A stretch of 64,000 nt of DNA from Bdellovibrionota bacterium (GTDB lineage: Bacteria > Bdellovibrionota_C > UBA2361 > OMII01): the NCBI GenBank assembly GCA_044360195.1, contig JBIKKT010000005.1, forward strand, positions 5,744 to 69,743, read 5' to 3'. The notes beneath the pieces were generated by a model. That model was not told the origin of the DNA. It searched no databases and saw nothing but the letters and a program-made list of their open reading frames with translations. This document shows positions 35,801-45,400 of this stretch, one piece after another. Numbering within the stretch: the first letter of the stretch is position 1; every line of letters starts with the position of its first letter. Position numbers and translations under genes: made by a program.

Positions 35801-37920
35801 GAGTAACCCTGCACTTTCTCGCAGATCTTAGGCAATGTTTCAGGCTTCTTCATGGAGTACAATCGTATAGGGTGAGAAAGTGTGCGAACTTTGGTTGGTG
35901 CCTCGGCTTTGCCGCTAATTTTTCTCATGATGGCAGATATACGAAAAATCTTATTAAACCCCTCTCTGGACTTCCAGGCATCGCCGGAACTTAATAGATG
36001 AACCGTGTAGCCCTTTGAGCTAAAATAGCCAATCAGATCTCTTAACTTCTGAGGGTCCGCGAAGTCTCTCTCTGTTATTGCGAATGTGGGCTTGTCGAAA
36101 GAGAACCTGAGTGCAGTAACAACCGGAACCTCTGGAAAATCTTTTTTATCGATCAACAACAAACTACGCCCAGGAGTCGCTTGATCGATACAGGACATCG
36201 CTTCAAAAAACTGTTGCCCCTCTCTTAATTTCAGACGGGCCGCTAAGGGTTGATAACCAAGTGCGAAAATGCACATACAGAATAGAAGAATGGCGCTCTT
36301 TCTATATCGATACATTCGACTTGTCAGCACATAGATCGCTACCGACGCACACACAATCGCGAGAGGCAGCAATTCGCTCACTAGGTACCTTCCGAAATAG
36401 TATAGGTACGGCGTTGTTAGCTGTTTGCACGTGAGCGCCGCCAAGAAGCCCAGAGAGCAGATAGCTACCGGCCCTATCACCGATCTCAGTGCGGCAAGCC
36501 TTCCGACGTAAACCAAACCTATCAAGAAACTCACCAAACCCAGCGGTGAAAGCATCAAAGCGAGACTGTAGATGGTGAGAAATTTAAGCGACTCGGTACC
36601 AAGACCTGCGATATGCCACCGCAAGCCAAGCCAACGATTCGCCGCATAGTAATCTGTAAAACCCAGAAGATACCCACGCCAAATTATTACCCCAAGAACG
36701 AGGAGAACAAGCGCCCCAACTACGTAGGTGCGATAGCGAAGAATGTATTTACATAGAGGCTTCCAGCGGTCTCGATATCTCAACACCAGCCAACATCCAA
36801 CCAACCATGCCACACCTAGCACTACAAAGAGCAGAGAGGTGTGCTGAAGCCACGTCGGGGCAATTCCAAGTTTACCGCGATAAATATCACTTGAATAAGG
36901 GCGAGAAAACGTAAGCCCCCACATCACACTTAAACCGTACGTTCCAAGAACCCCTAAACCTGACCAAACTGCTCGCACATCCCTTCGCTTTAGAACTATC
37001 CAGGCGAGTGAACCAAGAATCAACGGGGCCGTGAGAAATCCAGTTATACGAGTAAAGAAAAGAGCGGCAAGGGGAAGAATCGCGGAGATTTGCCAGCGAT
37101 AGACCAGCATCGAAACCGCGGAGAGAAAGAAAAAACCTGCAACCGCTTCAGAAACTGGGGAAGTTCCGATGTAAGAATGCGCGGCATTCGTCGCCAGTAA
37201 AAAAGCTGCGGCCAATCCCGCCAATGGAGACAAGGATACCCTCAACGTAATAAGGTAGGCAGCTATAAGCGTCAACGATGACAGCAGAGCCAAAGTGAGC
37301 CCCTTCCACTCCTGCCCAAATACCCACTGACCGATAGCTAACCACACCGTGTTCACATGGTAGAATTGCGACACCCATTCGTTCTTGTTGAGGTCCTTGA
37401 GATAGACCCCTGGAAGCATGTGACCAAACCAGTGTCCCTCACCACTTTGAACTACTCGACGCAGCGACTTAGCAACATAATACTCACGCAAATCACTGCG
37501 CCCTTCAAATTCGTCAAGAAGCTTATCTTTGATTATCCAAGACCCATGCTCAGCGAAGTAGCTAGAGACGTTTGTGTATACCCCGGGATCTTGCCCACCA
37601 TAAACTACCATCGCGACATTACTTCGCAGAAGAAAGGCGATTATCACCAAGCCAACCAATCCCCACTCAGATCGACTAAACCCTCGCACAGCTGAACAAC
37701 GACGAAAAAAGATCACGGAAAGCGCAAACGCTACCAAGGCAGCCAACAGAACTGCCAGAGGCGTAAAGGCACTAACGCTCAAAAGCGCTATTGCAGAGAG
37801 CGACAGTAGCGAAAAGAAAATAACGAGCGCAAAAAACCACGCCTCAAGGGCTGACATGCGATGATGGGGCTCGGCTGAAATCATTAAATCTCGGGCAAAA
37901 GGAATTGCTTGGCTCCCCAA
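35797..37920 (-). CDS. large polytopic membrane protein, possibly a GT-C-fold (ArnT/PMT-like) glycosyltransferase
   Basis: 707 aa with at least 12 hydrophobic helices and a C-terminal soluble domain. Co-located with a GtrB-like GT2. No diagnostic motif could be verified by eye. Confidence 0.4.
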   Translation of the reverse strand: MGSQAIPFARDLMISAEPHHRMSALEAWFFALVIFFSLLSLSAIALLSVSAFTPLAVLLAALVAFALSVIFFRRCSAVRGFSRSEWGLVGLVIIAFLLRSNVAMVVYGGQDPGVYTNVSSYFAEHGSWIIKDKLLDEFEGRSDLREYYVAKSLRRVVQSGEGHWFGHMLPGVYLKDLNKNEWVSQFYHVNTVWLAIGQWVFGQEWKGLTLALLSSLTLIAAYLITLRVSLSPLAGLAAAFLLATNAAHSYIGTSPVSEAVAGFFFLSAVSMLVYRWQISAILPLAALFFTRITGFLTAPLILGSLAWIVLKRRDVRAVWSGLGVLGTYGLSVMWGLTFSRPYSSDIYRGKLGIAPTWLQHTSLLFVVLGVAWLVGCWLVLRYRDRWKPLCKYILRYRTYVVGALVLLVLGVIIWRGYLLGFTDYYAANRWLGLRWHIAGLGTESLKFLTIYSLALMLSPLGLVSFLIGLVYVGRLAALRSVIGPVAICSLGFLAALTCKQLTTPYLYYFGRYLVSELLPLAIVCASVAIYVLTSRMYRYRKSAILLFCMCIFALGYQPLAARLKLREGQQFFEAMSCIDQATPGRSLLLIDKKDFPEVPVVTALRFSFDKPTFAITERDFADPQKLRDLIGYFSSKGYTVHLLSSGDAWKSREGFNKIFRISAIMRKISGKAEAPTKVRTLSHPIRLYSMKKPETLPKICEKVQGYS

Positions 37921-38118
37921 AGTCTATCAAAGAGGGGATGATTTGCAACACCCTCCGCCATGAAGAACATCAGCAACCGTTCTCTTTCCGGAAAATCTTT
38001 TGGTAGTAGTAGCGCTCCTGAAAAATGATAGTTGAGGACGGTGCGCTTTGCTAACTTTGATGAGTTAAAATTACTATTGAATCCCGGTGAGATACTACCT
38101 ACCCTACACAGGAACTCT

Positions 38119-38961
38119 ATGCTCGACACAATCGAATTTTTAAAGACCGTTAAACTCTTCTCTCTCCTAGACGAGAAAGAAATGAATGCGCTTGCTGCTT
38201 CATTTAAAACAACCTCGTACGAGACTGGACAGGCTGTATTCTCTGAAGGAGACGCAGGAGACTCCCTCTACGTCGTACTATCGGGAAAACTTGAGCTATC
38301 CACCCGCGACTATACCGGCGACAAAATACTACTTGCCGAGGTTGGCCCCACCGAGCTGTTCGGCGAAACCTCGCTCTTCGACCTCGGCCCACGATCAGCA
38401 ACCGCAGTGGCTCTTGAGAAGGCAACGCTACTAGAGCTACATCGAGATGATCTTGTAAGCTTTCTTAAATCAAATCCCTCCGCAGCACTCGATCTACTAG
38501 CAATAATGGCGCGTCGCTTGCGAGAGACGGATCAACTGCTTCAAGGGCGAGTGTCGCGAAATTTAAACGAGGAGCTTGAGCACCACATCTCACCAATCCA
38601 GCGCCTTGCCACCTGGATAGCCGATTTTAGCGGCAGCATGGCATTTCTGCTCTTAAACGCCGGCATCTTCGTCGGATGGATAGTGTACAATCTTGAGATG
38701 CTACCCGGTGCAAATGCGTTTGACCCTTACCCCTTCGGCTTTCTAACGATGTCAGTATCACTTGAAGCAATATTTTTGAGCATCATCGTGCTGTTATCAC
38801 AAAACTTACAGGCCTCGCGCGAAAGACGACGAAACGAAATTGAATATGAAGTGAACTTAAAAGCTGAGCTTGAGATAGCACAACTGCACGAGCGTGTCTC
38901 CAAACTACACACCGATTTATCGCAGCGTCTGGGAGCCCTTGAGGGAAAGACCCGGAACTAA
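38119..38961 (+). CDS. cyclic-nucleotide-binding domain fused to a DUF1003 membrane domain
   Basis: cNMP-binding region LFSLLDEKEMNALAASF...GDSLYVVLSGKLEL...FGETSLF. C-terminal DUF1003-like region with two TM helices and a coiled coil. Preferred start ATG 38119. Confidence 0.7.
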   Translation: MLDTIEFLKTVKLFSLLDEKEMNALAASFKTTSYETGQAVFSEGDAGDSLYVVLSGKLELSTRDYTGDKILLAEVGPTELFGETSLFDLGPRSATAVALEKATLLELHRDDLVSFLKSNPSAALDLLAIMARRLRETDQLLQGRVSRNLNEELEHHISPIQRLATWIADFSGSMAFLLLNAGIFVGWIVYNLEMLPGANAFDPYPFGFLTMSVSLEAIFLSIIVLLSQNLQASRERRRNEIEYEVNLKAELEIAQLHERVSKLHTDLSQRLGALEGKTRN

Positions 38962-40139
38962 TCAACGGTCGTCAGCTGAGACGGCACCTGCTCTACAGGC
39001 ACCCCGTTACCACTCGTCAACTCGAGAAAAAGCCTTTCATATGTAGCAACAACGGCGTCCCAAGAATACGCAGCCAACACGCGTGCCTTAGCTTTTTCCC
39101 CGAAAGCACCGAGCTTTTTAGGATCGCTCCACAGGCGAGAGATGTGCTCTGCAAGCTCCTCAAAATTGTTTTTCGCAAACACTACACCCGCATCCGCAAC
39201 TACTTCGCGATTCTCAGGTGTTCCATTTGCAATAACGCAGTTTCCATAAGACATCGACTCGATCAGTGCGGGGTGAGTTCCTCCAACCTCGGTGGCTTGG
39301 ATATAGAGCCCACAATTGCTCTGAAACTCTTCATATGCCTCTCCAAATTGAAAGCCCGTAAAAATCACCCTATCATTTGCGGCCGCTCGGAGTTGCGCCT
39401 TGTACTCGTCAGCATACGGCGCATCACCAACGATAACGAGTGGAATCTCCGCGTTTGACTTCTTGTAAGCCTCAATCACCCCGAGAGCATTATTCTCGGG
39501 CTCAAGCCGACTCACATAGAGAATGTATTCACGAGGCGAGAGACCAAACTGAGCAAGGGTCGCCCCTGCAGGCCGAAAAGTCGGATGAACCCCATACGGG
39601 ATCACCGTAGACTCGCAGCCGTACGTTTCTCGATAGTAATCAGCGATGACGTTAGCGTCTGATATCAGCCGATTCGCTAACCACACCGATACCCTTTCGC
39701 CGAGAAGATACCAGAGCTTTCCGAAGCTGTTCCACTTCGCGCGATTACGTTCGATTCCATCTACGTTTATTAGAAGCGGAGTGCCTCTAATCTTGAGAAG
39801 CGGCGCGAACGGACTATTTGCGGCATTACAAACCAGGATGACATCGTATGAATGAAAAATAGCATCGATGAACGAAGTGAAAGCATGCAGCGGGGTCTCA
39901 AGATACTTATGAAATATAGTTGGCGTTACTCGGCGCTCGACACCAGATATCGACTCCCGCGCCCCCCAACCCTCTGCAATCCGACATCGTCCATACACCG
40001 TGACGCGGTGATTTCTCTGAACTAAGCGCTTGGAGATCTGCTCGGCAAAAGTCTCAAATCCCCCATATCGAGCCGGTATACCCCTAGTTCCCATAAGAGC
40101 TATACGAAGGGGGCGCGACTGGCTGGTTTGACTACTCAT
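38958..40139 (-). CDS. glycosyltransferase family 4 (GT-B)
   Basis: RIALMGTRGIPARYGGFETFAEQIS N-terminus typical of GT4. EX7E-like C-terminus. Confidence 0.75.
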   Translation of the reverse strand: MSSQTSQSRPLRIALMGTRGIPARYGGFETFAEQISKRLVQRNHRVTVYGRCRIAEGWGARESISGVERRVTPTIFHKYLETPLHAFTSFIDAIFHSYDVILVCNAANSPFAPLLKIRGTPLLINVDGIERNRAKWNSFGKLWYLLGERVSVWLANRLISDANVIADYYRETYGCESTVIPYGVHPTFRPAGATLAQFGLSPREYILYVSRLEPENNALGVIEAYKKSNAEIPLVIVGDAPYADEYKAQLRAAANDRVIFTGFQFGEAYEEFQSNCGLYIQATEVGGTHPALIESMSYGNCVIANGTPENREVVADAGVVFAKNNFEELAEHISRLWSDPKKLGAFGEKAKARVLAAYSWDAVVATYERLFLELTSGNGVPVEQVPSQLTTVD

Positions 40140-40310
40140 GGCGATACTCTCTGCGATTTAAACTTTCTATACCCTGCCGAGACGAATTTTCACTTTTCCT
40201 CTTCTACCATGATTACCTGCCATGTAAACTTCCCCCTGTCGGTAACAGAAGGTCGGGAGGGTGCTTGTACGCCCTGCACGCTCCGAACCGTCTGTTTAGA
40301 GGCCCGAGTG

Positions 40311-41855
40311 ATGAGCGGAGCAGCCGCGGATCACAATTGTCATCTCCTCGCTGAAAGTGGGCCCCAAGCAGCCCTCTCTCCTTCTGTTATTCAGAACCTT
40401 CCTGGAGCACTCTATTTTTCCCTTAACGCTGAGAGCGGACAGATACTTTGGACTTCGGGAAATACGAACGAGGTGCTCGGTTTAAGCGAACAGGCCGTTG
40501 CCGCCCACGGTGCCATCTTACGAGCGCGCATACATCACGACGATCGCTTCGCTATCGAAAACCTCCTAGAGCGCTCCCTGGCCGAAAAGCTACCTTTCAT
40601 TGCAACCTATCGCTGGATTCGCCCAGACTCAGGCTCGCTGCGCTTCCTGCACTGCAGAGCAATTTTTAGAACAGATAACGCGAGCCTCACCGGAATCGTG
40701 GTCGATATCACCGATATTCTCCCATTATTACAAGGTATGGGAGTCACAGCGGTAACCCTTGGAGAGAACTTGACCCTGATGGGCATCCACGGGATGACGC
40801 TTGACCTCGACCTATCAATCCGCACAGCCACCAGTTCTGCACCTCCAAACTCGCTCTCTTTCGGCCGCGACGACTGGACCGGTGAACCAATTGTTCCAGG
40901 GCAGTCATTTCTCAAACGATTCCAGAGCGAGCACTCAAAAAAATTTGTTTCAACATGTTTTGACTCAGCACTCTCTGCACCAGATCAGCACTCAACTCTT
41001 GAGTGGGCGGGATACCGCGCGATCATTCGCACTCTATCTCCCCAAGGCAACCCAGAGGGATTTCTCCTTTACGTAGTAGCTATCGATGAAGAACAACGAT
41101 TGCGCGACGAAAACAACTATTTGAAATCGCGATTAAAGCAACTCGAGGCTTCGGCACTACACGCGCAAGAACTCTTGAATCTGAGTCAGGAATCGCTAGG
41201 GTATGCTGCCATCATAAAAAGACAAACCGGCGACACCCCCCTTGTAAAGCACATGGCTCAAGCTCTAGCTACAAGCGTTAAGGAGCTTAGCGAGCGAGCA
41301 CGTGAGATCTCCACTCCACTACTTGAGAACGCACCAACACAGCCTGCTGCTCCCAAACTGCTCATCAGATCCCGCAAATCCACTCACTCCCCAGCAGCAC
41401 TCTACGCAGCATCTTCCAACAGCGTAAGCCACACACATGCCGCGCTCCTCTCGGATGCCGGCATATCCACTCGAAGCTGCACGCTCGACGATGAGTCCGT
41501 GCGCTCTATAGTAAAAGAGAACCCCTCGCTGCGAGCGCTAGTGCTCGATATCGCCAAGTCATCTCCCCAGCACACAGCTCTTATTCGATCCATCAGGAGG
41601 TTTTTCCCGGCCCTGCACATAGTTGCACTGGTTCCAGGAGCAGTGACACACTTCTCGGAAATTCAGCGTGCCGGCGCAATACTTGTGCTTGCTAAGCCCG
41701 TAGCCCCTCGTGAACTTGAACGCGTTGTTCGTGGACTCTTACACCTCTCGCTGGCGATGGATTCGGCAACTGATGAGCACCACCAAGAAGAAGTCTTCTT
41801 GCCACCAGCAACTGAGCCGCAACCAGCAAACAGGCGACCAGTCGTTAGAAAATAA
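40311..41855 (+). CDS. PAS-domain signalling protein with a degenerate receiver-like C-terminal domain
   Basis: Two PAS-like blocks (GIVVDITDILPL and GFLLYVVAIDEEQRLR) separated by coiled coil. C-terminal receiver-like fold. Preferred start ATG 40311; the track start 40128 would overlap the divergent GT4 gene. Confidence 0.5.
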   Translation: MSGAAADHNCHLLAESGPQAALSPSVIQNLPGALYFSLNAESGQILWTSGNTNEVLGLSEQAVAAHGAILRARIHHDDRFAIENLLERSLAEKLPFIATYRWIRPDSGSLRFLHCRAIFRTDNASLTGIVVDITDILPLLQGMGVTAVTLGENLTLMGIHGMTLDLDLSIRTATSSAPPNSLSFGRDDWTGEPIVPGQSFLKRFQSEHSKKFVSTCFDSALSAPDQHSTLEWAGYRAIIRTLSPQGNPEGFLLYVVAIDEEQRLRDENNYLKSRLKQLEASALHAQELLNLSQESLGYAAIIKRQTGDTPLVKHMAQALATSVKELSERAREISTPLLENAPTQPAAPKLLIRSRKSTHSPAALYAASSNSVSHTHAALLSDAGISTRSCTLDDESVRSIVKENPSLRALVLDIAKSSPQHTALIRSIRRFFPALHIVALVPGAVTHFSEIQRAGAILVLAKPVAPRELERVVRGLLHLSLAMDSATDEHHQEEVFLPPATEPQPANRRPVVRK

Positions 41856-41917
41856 GGATGAAAGGCCCGCAACACACCCCTAAAAACTAGCTTCTGCAGA
41901 CTTCTTCAGAGGCTTAC

Positions 41918-42355
41918 TTGTTAGATGCACTATGTAGCGCGCTTGGTATCGTTTTAGCGGTCGTTGACTCTAGCGGAATCTGCACCTTCCTCAATGATGT
42001 TGCCTACAGATTACTGGGCATTCCCTCAGACAGCGCGATTGGCAAAAATGCAAGTGAGCTCTCGCCATACCAAACTGCCGTTAGCGTTCTGTGCACGATA
42101 CTGCAACAGTTTCAATTGAGAAGAACAATCGCCAATATCGTGAGTTGGGCTTGCCCCTCACGCTCCTCAGGCGAGCAAGGCCATCACCATGATGGAGCGC
42201 AAACGTATGCACGTGGTGCGCCTGGTTAACGATCTCCTTGATGTGTCTCGCATTCAGAAGGGGCACCTCGGGCTTACCAGGTCTAAGATCTCGGTGCAAA
42301 GCGACGGCTCTTCGAAAGGTAGCACATTCCGAGTGATGCTTCCCTCATCAAAGTA
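41918..42355 (+). pseudogene. remnant of a PAS sensor histidine kinase (frameshifted, most of the catalytic domain deleted)
   Basis: A PAS fragment at 41918-42229 is followed in another frame (42190-42355) by MMERKRMHVVRLVNDLLDVSRIQKGHLGL and GSTFRVMLP. The first is the tail of a DHp domain and the second is the HATPase_c G2 box. About 120 aa of the catalytic domain are missing. Confidence 0.6.
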
Positions 42356-42418
42356 GGGAAACAGTGGGCCTGTGATTGGGGCTTTCTTGCGACCGTGAGG
42401 TAGTTCAGGATAGGCCCG

Positions 42419-43945
42419 ATGCTTGAGTCATTTGAAAAGTTGTGCGACCGGATTGCTCTCGTTGCCGAGCGAAGTTGGTTAAGCTTCGCCTCAGTGATGT
42501 TACTCCTCGTCTGGCGACTTCTGCCCCACTCTCCGGCCGACCCAGACCTCTTTGCTCGTCTTGCGATGGGTCGACTCGTGCAAACAAGTGGCACAGTTCC
42601 GCTTCTCGATCCTTTCGCGTTTACCGAGAAGCTTCCACAGTGGATAGATCACGAGTGGCTTTCAGGGGTACTCTTCCTGTGGGTGGTACAAAACTGGGGA
42701 GATGCTGGTTTAATCGCTTTTAAAATAATCTTTGCAACTCTCTCTGCTCTCTTTGTTCTGAGTGCCTCCAAAATACTTAATCCCTACTCTCCTGGACGCA
42801 CGGTCTGGGTTGCGCTGTGCTTCTTACACGCATCATACCTGTGGGGCTCAACCCTACGGTGTCAGGCTTTCACCTACCTCTTTCTTAGCTACCTCCTATT
42901 TGCCAGCGCTCATTTTCAGATTCGAAGCTGTTCTCGCTACCTCTGGGCCATGCCTCTTATCTCGATTCCGTGGATCAATCTTCATGGAGGATGGGCGCTA
43001 GGGATGGTTTCTCTTGGCATCTTCACAGCAACACAAGCTCTAACTCGTAAGTCGTTTGTTGAACCTCTGCTGATAACCACTCTATGCGGAATGGCTCTTT
43101 TTTTTACACCCTACGAACCAAACGTTTTCTCCTCGTTCCTCTTTGGGGCGCTCGGCATGGGACGCGCCACGATCTCTGAATGGGCACCTCTCATTAATTA
43201 CCCTGACCAGTTCTTAGCTACCCTCTTCTTTGCACTCGTAATGCTCGCCGGATTTCTTCACCGAAATGCTAAACGCGATCTTACTGCGCTCACTCTGCTA
43301 TCCTTCTCAGCCTACTGTGGATTCAGACACACCCGACTACTTGGATTCTTTATGCTGTGTGCTGCTGTATATGGGCCGAGTGCCGTTTCTACTATCGTGA
43401 AAACGATTGCAGCCGCCACTCCAGAGAGAGCCATAACGGCACGGAGAGCTTTGACGGTAGTATGTACCACACTGCTGGCGTTGCTGCCGTTAGACCTCGT
43501 ACGTACCTCGTTAAACCGAAACCCCTTCTCACTAGATCTATCGGGATACCCAACCGGAGCCATAAAGCATCTCGCTGCTAGCGGTGAAAGCGGCAGATTA
43601 TTAGTAGATTTTAACAACGGAAGCTTTGCTCTGTGGAGGCTCTATCCTCGTTTCCTAATCTCGCTAGATGGGCGCTACGAAGAGGTGTATCCTGAGTCTA
43701 CTACGAGAGAGGTTTCTGAGGCGCTGCTTTATGGCACACCGACAGGTAAGCAGTACCTGGAAAAGATAGCCCCAACGCATATCCTCACCCCCTCACGATA
43801 CCTCCACGATAGAGGTCTCCCCTCTCCCGATTGGAGCATCACCTTTGACGATGGTGCGTGGGCATTACTGCGAAAAGGCATCCCTGCCCAAGGTACTGCT
43901 CATCCGTCGCCTTCTGAGAGTTCGCTTTGGGAGCCGATGTTTTAG
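42419..43945 (+). CDS. hypothetical polytopic membrane protein (possible glycan-processing GT-C-like protein)
   Basis: 508 aa with 10 or more hydrophobic helices. Located in the glycan locus. No verified motif. Confidence 0.45.
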   Translation: MLESFEKLCDRIALVAERSWLSFASVMLLLVWRLLPHSPADPDLFARLAMGRLVQTSGTVPLLDPFAFTEKLPQWIDHEWLSGVLFLWVVQNWGDAGLIAFKIIFATLSALFVLSASKILNPYSPGRTVWVALCFLHASYLWGSTLRCQAFTYLFLSYLLFASAHFQIRSCSRYLWAMPLISIPWINLHGGWALGMVSLGIFTATQALTRKSFVEPLLITTLCGMALFFTPYEPNVFSSFLFGALGMGRATISEWAPLINYPDQFLATLFFALVMLAGFLHRNAKRDLTALTLLSFSAYCGFRHTRLLGFFMLCAAVYGPSAVSTIVKTIAAATPERAITARRALTVVCTTLLALLPLDLVRTSLNRNPFSLDLSGYPTGAIKHLAASGESGRLLVDFNNGSFALWRLYPRFLISLDGRYEEVYPESTTREVSEALLYGTPTGKQYLEKIAPTHILTPSRYLHDRGLPSPDWSITFDDGAWALLRKGIPAQGTAHPSPSESSLWEPMF

Positions 43946-44018
43946 TTTTAAGAATGTTCTACCCAAAAGACCCTTGTGTCTCACAGCAAGCTGAGGCATC
44001 AAGGACTAGACCCACCTC

Positions 44019-45311
44019 ATGAGACTCACCATGCAACGACTTACATCCGCTCTAATCACGTTTTTCGTCTCAACAGTCCCGCTATCGCCACTCGTTGCTC
44101 AAACAGTTATCCGGGGGCCCTACCTTCAGGTTGGAACATCAACCGGGGTAACGATTCGCTGGCGCACTGATACTGCGACCGCATCAACAGTACACTACGG
44201 TTCATCGCCAAAAGCACTTACTCAAAGTAGCGGATCGAGACCCCTCACGACTGAGCACGAAGTCACGCTGATGGGACTCTCGCCAAAAAGCCGCTACTAC
44301 TACTCTGTAGAAGGCGCTACTAGCACCGCGACAGCTTACCCCTTTTCAACCTACCCCGCTGATGAAAAAACTCCGCTGCGTGCCTGGGTGCTTGGTGACC
44401 CTGGAATTTCCGGAAAGCTGGAGAAGGGTGAAGACCCAGGTCAGGCTGCCGTACGAGATTCTTTCTTGAAAGTCGTACCTGCTGATTCACTCGATCTTAT
44501 GCTTTTGCTGGGTGACAACACCTACTACAAAGGTACCGACATCGAATATCAACGCGGGGTTTTTGATTTCTACAAATCTACCATCCGGTCCCTTGTGATG
44601 TGGCCTACTCAGGGAAATCACGACAATACCGATAAAGCGTACTACCACGTCTTTACCCTTCCCGAGCGGGGTGAAGCGGGTGGCATTGCGTCCGGAACCG
44701 AACGCTACTACTCGTTTAATTTCTCAAACACGCATTTTATCGTATTAAACTCAGAGATTGACGATGCTCCCTTTCGTACAGCGATGCTTGAGTGGCTGAA
44801 GCGAGACCTTGCGGCGAATAAGAGAACCTGGACTGTTGTTACCTGGCACCATCCACCACACACCAAGGGCACGCATGATTCGGACGATGTCGCCAAAGAG
44901 GGCACAAACATGTTGTGGATGAGAGAAAACGTTAACCCGATTATCGAACTGGCTGGAGTAGATCTCGTCTTAAGCGGTCACAGTCATAATTACGAACGGA
45001 CAGCGCTTATAGATGGATTCTATGGAGTCTCATCCTCGTTTGGTCCGCAGTACATCAAGCAAGCTGGCTTAGGAAATCCTCGTGAGGGAGCGGCGTATCA
45101 GAAACAAAGAAGTAAGCCGGACTCGGGAACTGTCTACGTAGTTGCCGGCAACGCTGGATTTGTTGAGGAGTGTCCCCTTAACCATCCCGCGATGGTTGAA
45201 TCTCACTACCGCCTCGGCTCGCTACTTCTTGAAGCTAACGACTCAACGCTTAGCGTTTCACTGTACGGCATAACTGGGCAGGTTGAGGATCACTTCACTA
45301 TTACGAAGTAG
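44019..45311 (+). CDS. secreted purple-acid-phosphatase-like metallophosphoesterase
   Basis: Signal peptide. FN3-like N-terminal domain. Metallophosphoesterase motifs GDPG, GDNTYY, GNHD and the GHxH box VLSGHSHNYER. Confidence 0.8.
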   Translation: MRLTMQRLTSALITFFVSTVPLSPLVAQTVIRGPYLQVGTSTGVTIRWRTDTATASTVHYGSSPKALTQSSGSRPLTTEHEVTLMGLSPKSRYYYSVEGATSTATAYPFSTYPADEKTPLRAWVLGDPGISGKLEKGEDPGQAAVRDSFLKVVPADSLDLMLLLGDNTYYKGTDIEYQRGVFDFYKSTIRSLVMWPTQGNHDNTDKAYYHVFTLPERGEAGGIASGTERYYSFNFSNTHFIVLNSEIDDAPFRTAMLEWLKRDLAANKRTWTVVTWHHPPHTKGTHDSDDVAKEGTNMLWMRENVNPIIELAGVDLVLSGHSHNYERTALIDGFYGVSSSFGPQYIKQAGLGNPREGAAYQKQRSKPDSGTVYVVAGNAGFVEECPLNHPAMVESHYRLGSLLLEANDSTLSVSLYGITGQVEDHFTITK

Positions 45312-45400
45312 GGATATGAGCTATCCGTCCCCTGCTCGCCTGGGTTCCTTGAAACCCTACGGGGGAGCCAGCGACTATCAAGCTTGCCGCTAAAAAGTCC

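Noticed and set aside
40128-40310. Upstream extension of the PAS protein ORF overlapping the divergent GT4 gene start
   Set aside because: The extension has no domain content and would abolish the divergent promoter region. An internal ATG at 40311 was preferred.
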